Positions 27,894 to 39,009 are shown, counted from the stretch's first letter. The stretch is DNA of 64,000 bases from an uncultured Gammaproteobacteria bacterium (GCA_964592195.1 CAZQEI010000002.1:77240-141239); one strand, 5' to 3'. Notes: generated by a model not told the origin, from the sequence alone. Made by a program: numbers and translations.

Positions 27894-28496
27894 TTAACCT
27901 GATTTTCTTTGAAATATTTTCTTCAAAAAGCCCTTATCTTTCTTGGACTTTCTATCTAAATTTTGTTTATTGCGATGTTTTCCTTGCATACGAACATCAA
28001 TAATCTCTTGGCCCTTTTCATCTGTAAGTGCTTCGGAAACAACCGAATTTTCATCGTTCACTACTTCTCCTACGGTTTCCAAAGCTTCTTGTTTAGGAGC
28101 ACGCTTGGCTTTTTCTACTTTTTCAGCTGATTTACCAACCGTTTTCTTTTCAGCAGAAGTTGGAGTTATTTCATCTAAAATAATAATAACATGAGAAGTT
28201 TTCTTCTTGATCGGAGTCGCGCGACCCATAGCTTTTGGCATCCAGCGTTTCAAAGCAGGACCTTCATTAACTTGAATAGTTTTAATAAATAAATTGTCGC
28301 GTTTAAGCTCAAAATTATTCTCCGCATTGGCCACACCGGAATTAACCGCGGTCAAAATCATACGGGCCGCTTTTTTATTCAAAAACGTTAACTGTTCAAT
28401 CGCTTTCACGACTGGCATTTTACGAATGATACCCGCGATCAAACGCGCTTTACGCGGTGCGGTGCGGATATATTTGGCTTGGACTTTCACTTCCAT
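27894..28496 (-). CDS. rplV: 50S ribosomal protein L22 with ~90-aa Lys/Glu-rich C-terminal extension
   Basis: L22 core in residues 1-110; 200 aa in total. Confidence 0.8.
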   Translation of the reverse strand: MEVKVQAKYIRTAPRKARLIAGIIRKMPVVKAIEQLTFLNKKAARMILTAVNSGVANAENNFELKRDNLFIKTIQVNEGPALKRWMPKAMGRATPIKKKTSHVIIILDEITPTSAEKKTVGKSAEKVEKAKRAPKQEALETVGEVVNDENSVVSEALTDEKGQEIIDVRMQGKHRNKQNLDRKSKKDKGFLKKIFQRKSG

Positions 28497-28525
28497 ATAT
28501 TATTTACATTTTTATAAGAATAACC

Positions 28526-28810
28526 TTATTTCTTACTATCTAAATCTTTTTGCATCTTACCACCATGTTTGATGAACTTACGAGTAAGAGAAAACTCTCC
28601 TAACTTATGACCAACCATATTTTCTACCACACGCACTTCAATATGAGTTTTGCCATTATGCACTCCAAAGATAAAACCAACCATTTCCGGAGTGATCGTG
28701 CATTCACGAGACCAAGTTTTAATTACGGTTTTGTCATTGGCCTTCATTTTAGCGACTTTTTTTAATAATCGCTCATCAACGTAAGGTCCTTTTTTTAAAC
28801 TTCTTGACAT
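28526..28810 (-). CDS. rpsS: 30S ribosomal protein S19
   Basis: 94 aa S19. Confidence 0.9.
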   Translation of the reverse strand: MSRSLKKGPYVDERLLKKVAKMKANDKTVIKTWSRECTITPEMVGFIFGVHNGKTHIEVRVVENMVGHKLGEFSLTRKFIKHGGKMQKDLDSKK

Positions 28811-28821
28811 ATTCTATAATA

Positions 28822-29652
28822 TTATTTCTTTCTGCGTTGCATTATTAACTTATCGGAATGTTTTTTGCGTCGAGTCTTGACTCCCAAAGCCAATTTTCCC
28901 CATGGGGTTTTTGGCGCTTTCAAACCGATAGGATTGGCACCTTCACCACCACCGTGTGGGTGATCAACAGGATTCATGGCTTTACCACGAACCGTCGGAC
29001 GAATACCCATATGGCGTTTACGACCAGCTTGACCAACCTTAACGTGCATAATTTCCGCGTTGCTGACTTGACCAATAGTGGCCATGCAAATTCTCGGAAT
29101 CATGCGAACTTCAGAAGACGGTAATTTCACTTGAGCATAATCTCCATCAATAACCATCAATTTTGCTTGGGCTCCAGCCGAACGAACCATTTGACCGCCA
29201 CGACCTGGAACTAATTCAATATTATAAATCATGATACCAGCTGGTAAGTTCTCTAAACGAGTGCTGTTACCTGGTTTGATTTCTACTTTATTTTGAGAAG
29301 ACATAACAGCATCACCAACATGTAAATCTGCTGGAGCTATAATGTATCGTTTATCTCCATCTTTATATTGAATCAAAGCAATACGAGCATTACGATTCGG
29401 ATCATATTCGATTGTTTTAACAGTACCCGGAACATCAAATTTATCACGTAAAAAATCAATTAAACGAATAAATCGTTTGTTGCCGCCACCAATATGACGA
29501 ACAGTGATTTTTCCTGTATTATTACGACCGCCAGATTTCTTTTTGATCATAGTCAAAGACTTGACCGGCTTAGTGGAAGTAATATCAGAAAAGTCATCGA
29601 CGCTCATATTGCGACGACCATTGCTTATTGGTTTGTATACTTTGATTCCCAT
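28822..29652 (-). CDS. rplB: 50S ribosomal protein L2
   Basis: 276 aa L2. Confidence 0.9.
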   Translation of the reverse strand: MGIKVYKPISNGRRNMSVDDFSDITSTKPVKSLTMIKKKSGGRNNTGKITVRHIGGGNKRFIRLIDFLRDKFDVPGTVKTIEYDPNRNARIALIQYKDGDKRYIIAPADLHVGDAVMSSQNKVEIKPGNSTRLENLPAGIMIYNIELVPGRGGQMVRSAGAQAKLMVIDGDYAQVKLPSSEVRMIPRICMATIGQVSNAEIMHVKVGQAGRKRHMGIRPTVRGKAMNPVDHPHGGGEGANPIGLKAPKTPWGKLALGVKTRRKKHSDKLIMQRRKK

Positions 29653-29680
29653 AAATGTCTATCTAAGAATATTGAATTTA

Positions 29681-30118
29681 TTAAACACCTTCGTAAATCT
29701 CGATTTTTTCGTTAGCTGGCAAAGTCACAATGGCTTTTTTCCAGGAAACTTGTTGGCCAGCAGTGCGACCACGACGTACAATTTTTCCAATTTTCATGAC
29801 CATATTAACTTTAACAGGATTAACACCATAAACGTTTTTGATCTTCTTTATCACTTCCGATTTCGTTGCATTCATTGGAACAGCAAAGACATATTTGTTT
29901 AATTGCGCCAAATCAGCCGCCTTTTCAGTGATAACCGGGTGCATCAAAACACGAAAAGCGTCTTTATCGGATTTTTTATGACCTTTTGAAGAAGCTTTAA
30001 CAACCTTTTTCTTTTCTTCTGGTTCAACCTTAACGTCAGCGTCAGTTACTTGAGTTGTAGCCGCTTTATTCGCTTCTTGTTCTTCGTCTTGTTTAAATAT
30101 TTTATTGATTAAACCCAT
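29681..30118 (-). CDS. rplW: 50S ribosomal protein L23 with N-terminal charged extension
   Basis: L23 core in the C-terminal 95 aa. Confidence 0.75.
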   Translation of the reverse strand: MGLINKIFKQDEEQEANKAATTQVTDADVKVEPEEKKKVVKASSKGHKKSDKDAFRVLMHPVITEKAADLAQLNKYVFAVPMNATKSEVIKKIKNVYGVNPVKVNMVMKIGKIVRRGRTAGQQVSWKKAIVTLPANEKIEIYEGV

Positions 30119-30129
30119 ATTGATAAATC

Positions 30130-30771
30130 TTATTTCTTCTTGGTCACTAAAACCTTATCCAAAGCCGCTAAAGCCGGCTGAGCAATGACTAAATGTTTAT
30201 ATTTTAATACTGTAGCTACATTCAAGTCCTTGGCGTTAATGGCTTCTACTTTAGGTAAATTTGCCACAGACTTAGCTAATTGAGTATTCATTTTTTCTAC
30301 AACAACCAAAACACTCTTGGTAACATCTAAATTTTTCAACAAGGAAACCAAAGTCTTAGTTTTAAATTCTGCTACTTCTAATTTATCTACTAATTTAATT
30401 TCATTTTCTTGGCAACGGCCAGTTAAAGCCATCAACAAAGCCTTGCGTCTAACTTGTTTATTGATCTTAACTTCGTAATTTCGATCATTGCGAGGACCAA
30501 AAGTCACACCACCACCAACCCATAACGGTGAGCGAATAGAACCGGCACGAGCTCGGCCAGTGCCTTTTTGTCGCCATGGTTTTTTACCACCACCACGAAC
30601 TTCACCACGTGTTTTGGTGTGCGCTAAATTCAAACGAGCAGAAGCTTGCATGGAAATAACCACTTGTTGAATAACCAACGGATTAATTTTCACACCAAAG
30701 ATAGCCGCATTTAAAGCAACTTCTCCAACAGCTTCACCTTTATCATTATAAACTTGTACTTTTTTATCCAT
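30130..30771 (-). CDS. rplD: 50S ribosomal protein L4
   Basis: 213 aa L4. Confidence 0.85.
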   Translation of the reverse strand: MDKKVQVYNDKGEAVGEVALNAAIFGVKINPLVIQQVVISMQASARLNLAHTKTRGEVRGGGKKPWRQKGTGRARAGSIRSPLWVGGGVTFGPRNDRNYEVKINKQVRRKALLMALTGRCQENEIKLVDKLEVAEFKTKTLVSLLKNLDVTKSVLVVVEKMNTQLAKSVANLPKVEAINAKDLNVATVLKYKHLVIAQPALAALDKVLVTKKK

Positions 30772-30776
30772 AAAAT

Positions 30777-31676
30777 TTATTGAGCATTAGTAGATGTTTC
30801 CGTCTTTTCCACCTCAGTGGCAACTGGAGTAACGTCTTCAGGTTTAACTTCTTCAACAGCTTCAGGAGCTTCGACGACCGGAGCTTCTGCAACTTGAGTT
30901 TCCACTACTGGGGTTTCAACTACAGGAGTTTCTTCCACCACAACATTTTCCACAACTGGTGTTTCAACTACTGGAGCTTCTACTTCAATCACTGGTTCAA
31001 CTGCAGCCACAGGTACTTCAACTACTGGTTTTACAATTTCAAAATCACCTAAACCACGAACTTGTAACAAACCGTTACGAGCTCCTGGTACAGCACCTTT
31101 AACATATAAAGCTTCATTATCAACAGCAATAACTTCTAAATTTTGAACAGTGACTTGATCATTCCCCATACGACCGCCCATACGCTTACCTTTAAACACG
31201 CGTTGAGGACCAGTACAACCAATGGAACCAGGCATACGTAATTGATCTTTGTGACCATGGGATTTTTTACCTCCGGCGAATCCGTGACGTTTAACTACAC
31301 CTTGAAAACCGCGACCCTTTGTCACGCCTTCCACATTCACCATATCTCCAGGAGTAAATATCATGGGACTAATTTCATCACCTTCGTTAACTTTTGACCA
31401 AACCGGGTCATTTACCGTAGCCCGAAACTCTCGAACAAAACGGAAATTACCGTGACCAAATTTTTGGAAAACTCCCAAGAGCGGCTTTATCACCTTGGCT
31501 TTTTGGCCAAATCCACATTTAAATGCCACATAACCATCCCGATCTTCAGTCTTTTTTTGCAATACTAAACACGGACCCGCTTGAATCTTGGTAACGGGAA
31601 CAACCGTGCCATCCGCCTTAAAAATCTGCGTCATGGCGATTTTTTTTCCTATAATGAATTTCATAAAATTTTCCAA
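30777..31676 (-). CDS. rplC: 50S ribosomal protein L3 with repetitive C-terminal extension
   Basis: L3 core about 210 aa, then about 90 aa of (E)TPVVE / APVVE repeats. Confidence 0.85.
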   Translation of the reverse strand: MENFMKFIIGKKIAMTQIFKADGTVVPVTKIQAGPCLVLQKKTEDRDGYVAFKCGFGQKAKVIKPLLGVFQKFGHGNFRFVREFRATVNDPVWSKVNEGDEISPMIFTPGDMVNVEGVTKGRGFQGVVKRHGFAGGKKSHGHKDQLRMPGSIGCTGPQRVFKGKRMGGRMGNDQVTVQNLEVIAVDNEALYVKGAVPGARNGLLQVRGLGDFEIVKPVVEVPVAAVEPVIEVEAPVVETPVVENVVVEETPVVETPVVETQVAEAPVVEAPEAVEEVKPEDVTPVATEVEKTETSTNAQ

Positions 31677-31681
31677 AAATA

Positions 31682-31713
31682 AAGAGCTGGACTCAAGCGA
31701 AGCCCAGCTCTTA
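31682..31713 (-). promoter_or_regulatory. stable hairpin between rpsJ and rplC (possible attenuator or terminator)
   Basis: agagctgg-N16-ccagctct; on the minus-strand transcript it is followed by atttttgg. Confidence 0.3.
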
Positions 31714-31839
31714 CTGGCTATATCTTAAGTCTCTTAAGTTAATCTTAGAATAAATCGAACTCTTTTCTCCCCTTTCCATTATTGGCTAATGACACTTCGA
31801 AACCGGTTATCATCAACCGCCAAAAGAAAAGCAATGATT

Positions 31840-32172
31840 TTACATTTTAATTTCCACATCAACACCTGCTGGTAAGTTGAGGTTTTGCAACGCATCAACT
31901 GTTTGAGCGGTAGGATTTAGGATATCAATCAAACGTTTGTGAATGCGCATTTCATATTGATCACGAGCATCCTTGTGGACAAAAGTAGAACTATTAACAG
32001 TTAACTTCTTTTTTTCCACTGGTAACGGAATTGGACCAGCCACTTCCGCCCCTGAACGTTCACTCGCTTCAATAATTGTGCGGCAGGATTGATCAATGAT
32101 CTTGCTATCGTAAGCGCGAATCTTGATTCTAATCCGTTGAACGTCTGATTTTTTTTCTTTCTTATCTGACAT
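31840..32172 (-). CDS. rpsJ: 30S ribosomal protein S10
   Basis: 110 aa S10. Confidence 0.9.
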   Translation of the reverse strand: MSDKKEKKSDVQRIRIKIRAYDSKIIDQSCRTIIEASERSGAEVAGPIPLPVEKKKLTVNSSTFVHKDARDQYEMRIHKRLIDILNPTAQTVDALQNLNLPAGVDVEIKM

Positions 32173-32188
32173 GCGATTGGAAATTAAA

Positions 32189-33382
32189 TTAGTTAACGAT
32201 CTTGCTGACTACACCGGCACCAATCGTCTTGCCACCTTCACGGATAGCGAAACGTTGTTGTTCTTCCAAAGCGACTGGAGTCATCAACTTAACTTTCAAA
32301 CTATTGACGGTATCACCAGGCATAACCATTTCAGTACCTGTAGGTAAAGTCACATCACCAGTAACATCAGTGGTACGGATATAGAATTGTGGTTTGTAAC
32401 CGTTGAAGAATGGCTTATGGCGACCGCCTTCATCTTTTGTCAAAATATAGACTTCGCATTCAAATTCAGAGTGAGGAGTGACGGTTCCCGGTTGAGCCAA
32501 GACTTGGCCACGTTCTACGTCTTCCTTTTTAATACCGCGAATTAACAAACCAGCATTATCACCAGCTTGACCTTCGTTCAAAGTCTTATTAAACATTTCA
32601 ATACCAGTAACTACGGTCTTTTGAGTATCGCGTAAACCGATAAGTTCGACATCATCATTGACATGAACAATACCACGTTCAATTCTACCAGTCACAACAG
32701 TACCACGACCTTCAATAGAGAATACATCTTCAACTGGCATCAAGAAAGGTTTAGCGGTTTCGCGGATAGGTTCTGGAACCTTAGTATCCAAAGCATCTAA
32801 TAAATCTTGAATGGATTTTCCCCAAACTGGATCATTTGGATTTTCCAGAGCCTTCAAAGCTGAACCACGAATAATTGGAGCTTCAGCACCTGGATATTCA
32901 TATTTGGTTAACAAATCACGGCATTCTTCTTCAACCAAATCAATCAATTCTGCTTCTTCAACCATGTCGCATTTATTCAAGAAAACCACAATATAAGGAA
33001 CGCCTACTTGGCGAGCCAAAACAATGTGTTCACGAGTCTGAGGCATAGGACCATCAGTCGCGGCCACCACCAACACAGCACCATCCATCTGAGCAGCACC
33101 AGTGATCATGTTCTTAACATAATCGGCGTGCCCTGGGCAGTCAACGTGTGCATAATGGCGATTAGCAGTTTCATATTCAACGTGAGCAGTGTTAATTGTA
33201 ATACCACGAGCCTTTTCTTCTGGGGCCTTATCGATATCATCAACTGAGAGAGGCTTTGCGCCACCTTTTACTGCTAAATAGTTCAAAATAGCGGCCGTTA
33301 AGGTCGTCTTACCATGGTCAACGTGACCAATTGTACCCACGTTAACATGGGGTTTTGTGCGTTCAAATACTGCTGCTGACAT
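32189..33382 (-). CDS. tuf: elongation factor Tu
   Basis: [19 protein letters not shown] GTPase motifs. Confidence 0.95.
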   Translation of the reverse strand: MSAAVFERTKPHVNVGTIGHVDHGKTTLTAAILNYLAVKGGAKPLSVDDIDKAPEEKARGITINTAHVEYETANRHYAHVDCPGHADYVKNMITGAAQMDGAVLVVAATDGPMPQTREHIVLARQVGVPYIVVFLNKCDMVEEAELIDLVEEECRDLLTKYEYPGAEAPIIRGSALKALENPNDPVWGKSIQDLLDALDTKVPEPIRETAKPFLMPVEDVFSIEGRGTVVTGRIERGIVHVNDDVELIGLRDTQKTVVTGIEMFNKTLNEGQAGDNAGLLIRGIKKEDVERGQVLAQPGTVTPHSEFECEVYILTKDEGGRHKPFFNGYKPQFYIRTTDVTGDVTLPTGTEMVMPGDTVNSLKVKLMTPVALEEQQRFAIREGGKTIGAGVVSKIVN

Positions 33383-33555
33383 GTTTTTATTCTCCTGAAT
33401 TGCGGCCCTCGTAAGCGCTAAAGCTTGTTTGAGGTTTTAGCCAGCCACAACCAATTATTTATTTTTTAAATTAATATCGGGAATATTATAACAAATTATA
33501 AAAATAATGCAAGAGTGCCTAGAAAATCAGCCAAAAAGGCTAAAATTTGCTGTTT

Positions 33556-33867
33556 TTAATCTACCGGTTCAAGGTAATATTCATCTTCACTTGTTCCAAT
33601 ATTATCGCTTATTTTAGCATTTTCTTGAGACAGATAAGCTACAGAATCCAACTCATCAGATTGACTCATTCGCCACTCGGCAATATCGGCATTAATTTTG
33701 TCAATTAATTCCTCTTCTGTCAACTCTTCAACTTTCTGTTGAGTATCAATTAAAGCTTCAAAATCCTCCACTGGCATCACGACATAGGTTTGATTGTCTT
33801 TTTCAACAAACATTTTCCCCCCTACACGAGATAAAAGTTGAAAGATCCGATCTAAATTGATAGCCAT
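33556..33867 (-). CDS. small acidic hypothetical protein inserted between fusA and tuf
   Basis: 103 aa, pI very acidic; codirectional with and tightly placed after fusA. Confidence 0.4.
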   Translation of the reverse strand: MAINLDRIFQLLSRVGGKMFVEKDNQTYVVMPVEDFEALIDTQQKVEELTEEELIDKINADIAEWRMSQSDELDSVAYLSQENAKISDNIGTSEDEYYLEPVD

Positions 33868-33872
33868 ATAAT

Positions 33873-35948
33873 TTATTTCTTATCACCTTTTATTTTCTCC
33901 ACCAAGCTATTTGGTACTTCATTATATTGAGAAAATTCCATAGAATAACTAGCTCGGCCTTGGGTCAAACTACGAACTGTAGTGGCATAACCAAACATTT
34001 CTGATAAGGGAACTTCAGCATGAATAACCTTAGCTCCAGCACGATCACTCATTTCATTGATCTGACCACGACGAGAACTCAAGTCACCAACCACATCTCC
34101 CATAAATGATTCAGGTGTCACGACTTCAACTTTCATGACTGGTTCCAAAAGTACGAGGTCAGCTTTCTTGGTAGCATCTTGCAAGGCCATAGAAGCCGCA
34201 ATCTTAAACGCTGCTTCAGAAGAATCAACTTCGTGATATGAACCATCAAACACAGTGACTTTAGTATCGATTAATTGATAACCAGCCAACACACCACGAT
34301 CCAAAGCTTCTTTCACACCCTTTTGAATAGCTGGAACATATTCACGTGGCACCACGCCGCCTTTAATTTCATCCACGAATTCAAAACCTTTACCGCGTTC
34401 TTGAGGCTCAACTCGTAACCAACAATGGCCATATTGACCACGACCACCAGATTGACGAATATATTTACCTTCGGCTTCGGCCATTTTCTTGATAGTTTCA
34501 CGATAAGCAACTTGTGGACGACCAGTATTGGCCTCCACGTTAAATTCGCGCTTCATACGATCAACAATAATTTCCAAGTGTAATTCACCCATACCAGCAA
34601 TAATGGTCTGATTAGATTCTTCATCTGTTCTAACACGGAAAGTTGGATCTTCTTCAGACAATTTTTGTAAAGCCACACCCATGCGTTCTTGATCACCCTT
34701 AGTTTTCGGTTCAATAGCAATAGAAATAACTGGCTCTGGGAAGGTAATATTTTCCAAAATAACTTGAAAATCTTCATTACATAAAGTATGACCAGTGAAA
34801 GTACTTTTCAAACCAATGGCAGCCGCGATTTCACCAGCATACACTGCATCCACATCTTCACGATGATTGGCATGCAAACGGACAATACGACCAATACGTT
34901 CTCTTTCTCCAGTAGTGGTATTAACCACATAAGAACCAGATTGCAAAGAACCTTGGTACACGCGGAAAAAGGCTAACTTACCTACGAATGGGTCAGTCGC
35001 GATTTTAAACGCCAAAGCCACAAACGGAGCATCATCGGTTGGTTTTATTTCAATCATTTTCTCCAAATCATTGGCATCGTGCGCTTGTAAAGTAGGAACA
35101 TCTAAAGGTGAAGGTAAATATTCAGTCACCGCATCCAACAATTTTTGAACACCTTTATTTTTTAACGCAGAGCCGCACATAACTGGGACTAATTTATTAT
35201 CAATCACAGCTTGGCGTAAAACGCGTTTCAAATCAGCGACTTCAATTTCTTCAGCCGCTAAATATTTATTCATCAAAACTTCATCGTTTTCAACGATGGC
35301 TTCGATTAACTTTGAACGATATTCTTCTACTAATGCTTTCATGTCTTCTGGTACATCGCTTTCCACCATATCCAAACCTAAATCATCATTATAAACAGTG
35401 GCTTTGCGAGTAAACAAATCGACAATACCCTTGAAAGTTTCAGCCGCGCCGATTGGCAATTGAATGGGATGAGCTCTATGAGCCAAACGATCATGAATTG
35501 TTTTCAAATCAAAATAGAAATCTGCACCCATGCGATCCATTTTATTAACAAAAGCAATACGAGGCACATGATATTTATCCGCTTGGCGCCAAACAGTTTC
35601 TGATTGGGATTCTACACCGGCCACGCCATCAAACACCACCACACCGCCATCCAAAACACGCAAGGAACGTTCTACTTCTGCAGTAAAGTCCACATGCCCT
35701 GGAGTATCAATTAAGTTAATCCGGCAGTTATTCCAAAAGCAGGTAGTGGCCGCGGAGGTAATAGTAATACCGCGTTCGCGTTCTTGTTCCATCCAGTCCA
35801 TAGTGGCTTCACCTTCATGGACTTCACCGATTTTATGTTTTTTGCCAGTATAAAACAAAACACGTTCTGACACAGTGGTTTTACCAGCGTCGATGTGAGC
35901 GATAATGCCGATATTTCTAGTTTGTTCTAGAGTGTATTCACGAGGCAT
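33873..35948 (-). CDS. fusA: elongation factor G
   Basis: 691 aa; [20 protein letters not shown] domains II-V. Confidence 0.95.
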   Translation of the reverse strand: MPREYTLEQTRNIGIIAHIDAGKTTVSERVLFYTGKKHKIGEVHEGEATMDWMEQERERGITITSAATTCFWNNCRINLIDTPGHVDFTAEVERSLRVLDGGVVVFDGVAGVESQSETVWRQADKYHVPRIAFVNKMDRMGADFYFDLKTIHDRLAHRAHPIQLPIGAAETFKGIVDLFTRKATVYNDDLGLDMVESDVPEDMKALVEEYRSKLIEAIVENDEVLMNKYLAAEEIEVADLKRVLRQAVIDNKLVPVMCGSALKNKGVQKLLDAVTEYLPSPLDVPTLQAHDANDLEKMIEIKPTDDAPFVALAFKIATDPFVGKLAFFRVYQGSLQSGSYVVNTTTGERERIGRIVRLHANHREDVDAVYAGEIAAAIGLKSTFTGHTLCNEDFQVILENITFPEPVISIAIEPKTKGDQERMGVALQKLSEEDPTFRVRTDEESNQTIIAGMGELHLEIIVDRMKREFNVEANTGRPQVAYRETIKKMAEAEGKYIRQSGGRGQYGHCWLRVEPQERGKGFEFVDEIKGGVVPREYVPAIQKGVKEALDRGVLAGYQLIDTKVTVFDGSYHEVDSSEAAFKIAASMALQDATKKADLVLLEPVMKVEVVTPESFMGDVVGDLSSRRGQINEMSDRAGAKVIHAEVPLSEMFGYATTVRSLTQGRASYSMEFSQYNEVPNSLVEKIKGDKK

Positions 35949-36075
35949 AGAGTTATAATTGAGTAACCAGTAACTGGTAACCAGTAACTAGTACAGAGAA
36001 TTATTTATTTTATTATTTTTACTAATGGTTAAAAAACAATGTCACTCGCGAAAGATCGGAGCAACATTATTTTGA

Positions 36076-36570
36076 TTATCGTGCAAAGTGAGCGAAAGCG
36101 CGATTGGCTTCAGCCATACGATGAACATCGGCTTTCTTCTTGATCGCATCACCTTCGTTTTTATAAGCTAAGATAATTTCATCCGCTAATTTGGAACACA
36201 TTGGTCGGCCTTTTTTGTTACGAGCCGCGCCAATTAACCAACGATAGGATAATGCCAATTTGCGTTCACCACGAACTGGGAACGGGACTTGGTAGTTCGC
36301 GCCACCGACACGGCGACCGCGGACTTCGATTTGAGGGGTAATATTTTTGATCGCTTGATCAAAGACGTGCAAAGAAGTGATACCTTCTTCACCTTCGATT
36401 TTCTTGTCTTTGATAGCGGCTTCTATAATATCAAAAGCATCATAAACCACGCCTTGAGCAATGGATTTCTTACCTTGATACATTATATAATTGATAAGTT
36501 TTTCCACTGGAACGCTATTGAAACGAGCGTCAGCTTTGATCTTTCTTTTTGGGGCTTTTTTACCACGCAT
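36076..36570 (-). CDS. rpsG: 30S ribosomal protein S7
   Basis: 164 aa S7. Confidence 0.9.
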   Translation of the reverse strand: MRGKKAPKRKIKADARFNSVPVEKLINYIMYQGKKSIAQGVVYDAFDIIEAAIKDKKIEGEEGITSLHVFDQAIKNITPQIEVRGRRVGGANYQVPFPVRGERKLALSYRWLIGAARNKKGRPMCSKLADEIILAYKNEGDAIKKKADVHRMAEANRAFAHFAR

Positions 36571-36590
36571 ATATTATATTTTGCCTAAAA

Positions 36591-37034
36591 TTACTTAGAT
36601 TTTGGCGCAGCAGCTCCGGCTTTCGGACGCTTCGCTCCATATCGGGAACGGCCTTGACGACGGGCCTCTACCCCTTGAGTATCAAATACACCACGGACGA
36701 TCTGGTAACGAATACCAGGTAAATCTTTGCGGCGACCGCCACGAATCATCACGATGGAGTGTTCTTGTAAATTGTGACCTTCACCCGGAATATAAGCGGT
36801 AACTTCTTGACCATTGCTCAAGCGAACACGAGCGATTTTACGCAAAGCGGAGTTTGGTTTTTTCGGGGTGGTGGTGGTAACTTTTAAACACACGCCACGC
36901 TTAAAAGACGCGCCCTTAGCGAGCGGGTGAGAATGTCGTTTGAGTGAATTTAAGACAGATTGCAAAGCCGGGGTCTTAGATTTGTTTTTCTTTGATTGCC
37001 GACCCTTGCGAACTAATTGATTGATTGTTGGCAT
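36591..37034 (-). CDS. rpsL: 30S ribosomal protein S12
   Basis: 147 aa; S12 core plus a short basic C-terminal tail. Confidence 0.9.
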   Translation of the reverse strand: MPTINQLVRKGRQSKKNKSKTPALQSVLNSLKRHSHPLAKGASFKRGVCLKVTTTTPKKPNSALRKIARVRLSNGQEVTAYIPGEGHNLQEHSIVMIRGGRRKDLPGIRYQIVRGVFDTQGVEARRQGRSRYGAKRPKAGAAAPKSK

Positions 37035-37171
37035 AATACAACAAACACCAGCCAGTGATCAGCCCCTCATTGGCTAATGAGTTTTAATATGAATATTCTT
37101 GATATTCTTCTATTTAATTAAGGTGCTTGCAGTTTATCATGGAGGTAAAAATAAGTCAAGCGGTCAGTGAA

Positions 37172-37308
37172 CATTGATCATTGATCATTGATCACGGAAA
37201 ACAGGAAAAAAACAAAGACTAAATACTTATGTGATTACGGATTACTTACTGTCGAAAAAGAAGACAAACGGTCATTGACCATTGATCATTGATCATGGAT
37301 CATTAATC
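37172..37308. promoter_or_regulatory. two blocks of tandem CATTGATCA (ATTGATCAAT palindrome) repeats upstream of rpsL
   Basis: acattgatcattgatcattgatcacgg (37172..37194) and gtcattgaccattgatcattgatcatggatcattaatcaag (37273..37308), about 80 nt apart. Confidence 0.6.
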
Positions 37309-37331
37309 AAGAAAAAATGAAAAAACTGGAA

Positions 37332-38282
37332 TTAATCCATTCGGACATCAAAACTGCAGGCGAGGCGGCACCCTAACCGCCAAAAATTGCTTCCAGAAGC
37401 CTCAGAGACAAAACTCAGGCGATTAGAATCAAAAGGGGCCCAACCAACACGCGGGATACGAAGACCGAAAAAAGGTCTCACAGAACCGGGCAACCAAGTC
37501 CAACCATTACAATCTAAATGTTTTCCAGTTCTACGATAGTATTCCCTCTGATAGACTAAATACTCTGACTCTGACAAGCCGTACACGCTGTATTTTTTAA
37601 ATATTCCACCTGGTAATTTTAAGTCATCGAGGGATTTTCCCACTGTAGACTTACATAATTCATCTTCTTCCAATTCCTGCAAATCCTTGGTTAATATTAT
37701 TCTAAACCCGATACTTGTATCTACACTGCCTTCGAAGTCACCGTAATTTTTGTAATCAGGACTTCGTTGTGTTCCTGAATAACCTGAGCTCATCAACTTA
37801 TGTAATTTCGCATAGCGTTCATTCTTTGTTCCCGTTATCTTACCGCTCGCATCTTTAATTACTTCTGTCTCACCTACCAAACCTTCGGGAATAATTATCA
37901 TATGATCAAAGCCCAATTCAGTAATCAGTCTTTCCATTTCTTTTTGTTGTTCTTTGGTTATTGTAATCGTATCAGGCAGATTGACCCAATCAACACCTGT
38001 TTTTTGATAAAAGTCTCGATAATGTTCCAAGCGTTCTTTCAAGTTAAATTCAATCTTTCTCCCCTCTTTGGTCTTAGCTGAGACAATCTGAATTTCCGGT
38101 TCTTTAACAACAGAAGAGTATTGTTCAACCAAATTCAATGCGTCCTTCACGTAATCAGGATTATTGGCCATGCCTCGTTTGCCTTTAGATAATTCTCTTA
38201 ATCTATCATTAATATCAACCAAGGCGGCACCTGTTTTGGGATCGCTATTGAAAGTTAAATTTTCATTTAACTCAAATGACAT
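37332..38282 (-). CDS. hypothetical protein
   Basis: 316 aa ORF; no recognisable motif. Confidence 0.4.
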   Translation of the reverse strand: MSFELNENLTFNSDPKTGAALVDINDRLRELSKGKRGMANNPDYVKDALNLVEQYSSVVKEPEIQIVSAKTKEGRKIEFNLKERLEHYRDFYQKTGVDWVNLPDTITITKEQQKEMERLITELGFDHMIIIPEGLVGETEVIKDASGKITGTKNERYAKLHKLMSSGYSGTQRSPDYKNYGDFEGSVDTSIGFRIILTKDLQELEEDELCKSTVGKSLDDLKLPGGIFKKYSVYGLSESEYLVYQREYYRRTGKHLDCNGWTWLPGSVRPFFGLRIPRVGWAPFDSNRLSFVSEASGSNFWRLGCRLACSFDVRMD

Positions 38283-38297
38283 AGTTTATTATTTACC

Positions 38298-38343
38298 AAG
38301 AGATTGCCACGCCCCTCAATTCTTTCGAGGCTCGCAAAAGAGA
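38298..38343 (+). repeat. GAGATTGCCACG-hairpin-CTCGCAAAAGAG element, copy A
   Basis: agagattgccacg-cccctcaattctttcgagg-ctcgcaaaagag; 16 nt upstream of the minus-strand start at 38282. Confidence 0.85.
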
Positions 38344-38367
38344 ATGCTATTTTGACTATCATTTTAA

Positions 38368-39009
38368 CTAAAATATAATACGATAAACAAAATCAATCAC
38401 CCACTGGAACAAGTGGCCGAAGATATTCACACCGGCAAAGTTATCTAGGATTAAAAGGAATAACAGAATAAAAGGTCCTTTGGTTTCTAGGAACAAAGCA
38501 ATGTGACTATATTTTGAAGAATTTAATAAAGCGAACAAGAACTTAGAGCCATCTAATGGTGGTAATGGAATCAGGTTAAAAACCATCAAAATGACGTTGA
38601 TAATAACTAAAATGTGCAAAAACTGAATCAACAAGTTTTCAGCTGGTAATAAACCCTGAAAAACGATTAATCTCAAAGCTAAACCGCCAAGCGTTGCCAA
38701 AATTAAATTGGAAAACGGACCGGCCATGGCGACAAGCACAGAATCTCGGCGATAGTTACCAAAATTGTAGGGGTTAAAAGGCACTGGTTTTCCCCAGCCA
38801 AAGCCGGCAATTAATAGAACTGCCATACCCAAACCGCTGATATGGGATAACGGATTTAAAGTTAATCTTCCCATTGACTTGGCCGTATGGTCGCCAAGCA
38901 AATAGGCGGCTAAAGCATGGGAAAATTCGTGAAAAGTTAAAGCGATCACAATGGCGCAAAGCCAAGCGATAAAAACGAGCGGGTCGGTGAACAAAGTTTG
39001 GATAATCAT
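38368..39009 (-). CDS. membrane zinc metalloprotease (site-2-protease/M50-like)
   Basis: 213 aa polytopic; HEFSHAL (HExxH) in the first TM region. Confidence 0.5.
   Translation of the reverse strand: MIIQTLFTDPLVFIAWLCAIVIALTFHEFSHALAAYLLGDHTAKSMGRLTLNPLSHISGLGMAVLLIAGFGWGKPVPFNPYNFGNYRRDSVLVAMAGPFSNLILATLGGLALRLIVFQGLLPAENLLIQFLHILVIINVILMVFNLIPLPPLDGSKFLFALLNSSKYSHIALFLETKGPFILLFLLILDNFAGVNIFGHLFQWVIDFVYRIIF

Noticed and set aside
34313-34777. Same-strand alternative-frame ORFs 34313..34510 and 34553..34777 within fusA
   Set aside because: They are out of frame with the conserved EF-G reading frame, and no independent signals support them.
22477-37000. Numerous 60-140-aa + strand ORFs inside the minus-strand ribosomal/EF genes (e.g. 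22477..22677, 23074..23334, 23608..23961, 24007..24297, 27060..27350, 29504..29902, 30780..31052, 32811..33247, 36289..36588)
   Set aside because: They are antisense to strongly conserved r-protein, EF-Tu or EF-G genes. They have no RBS or coding signal and low-complexity translations.
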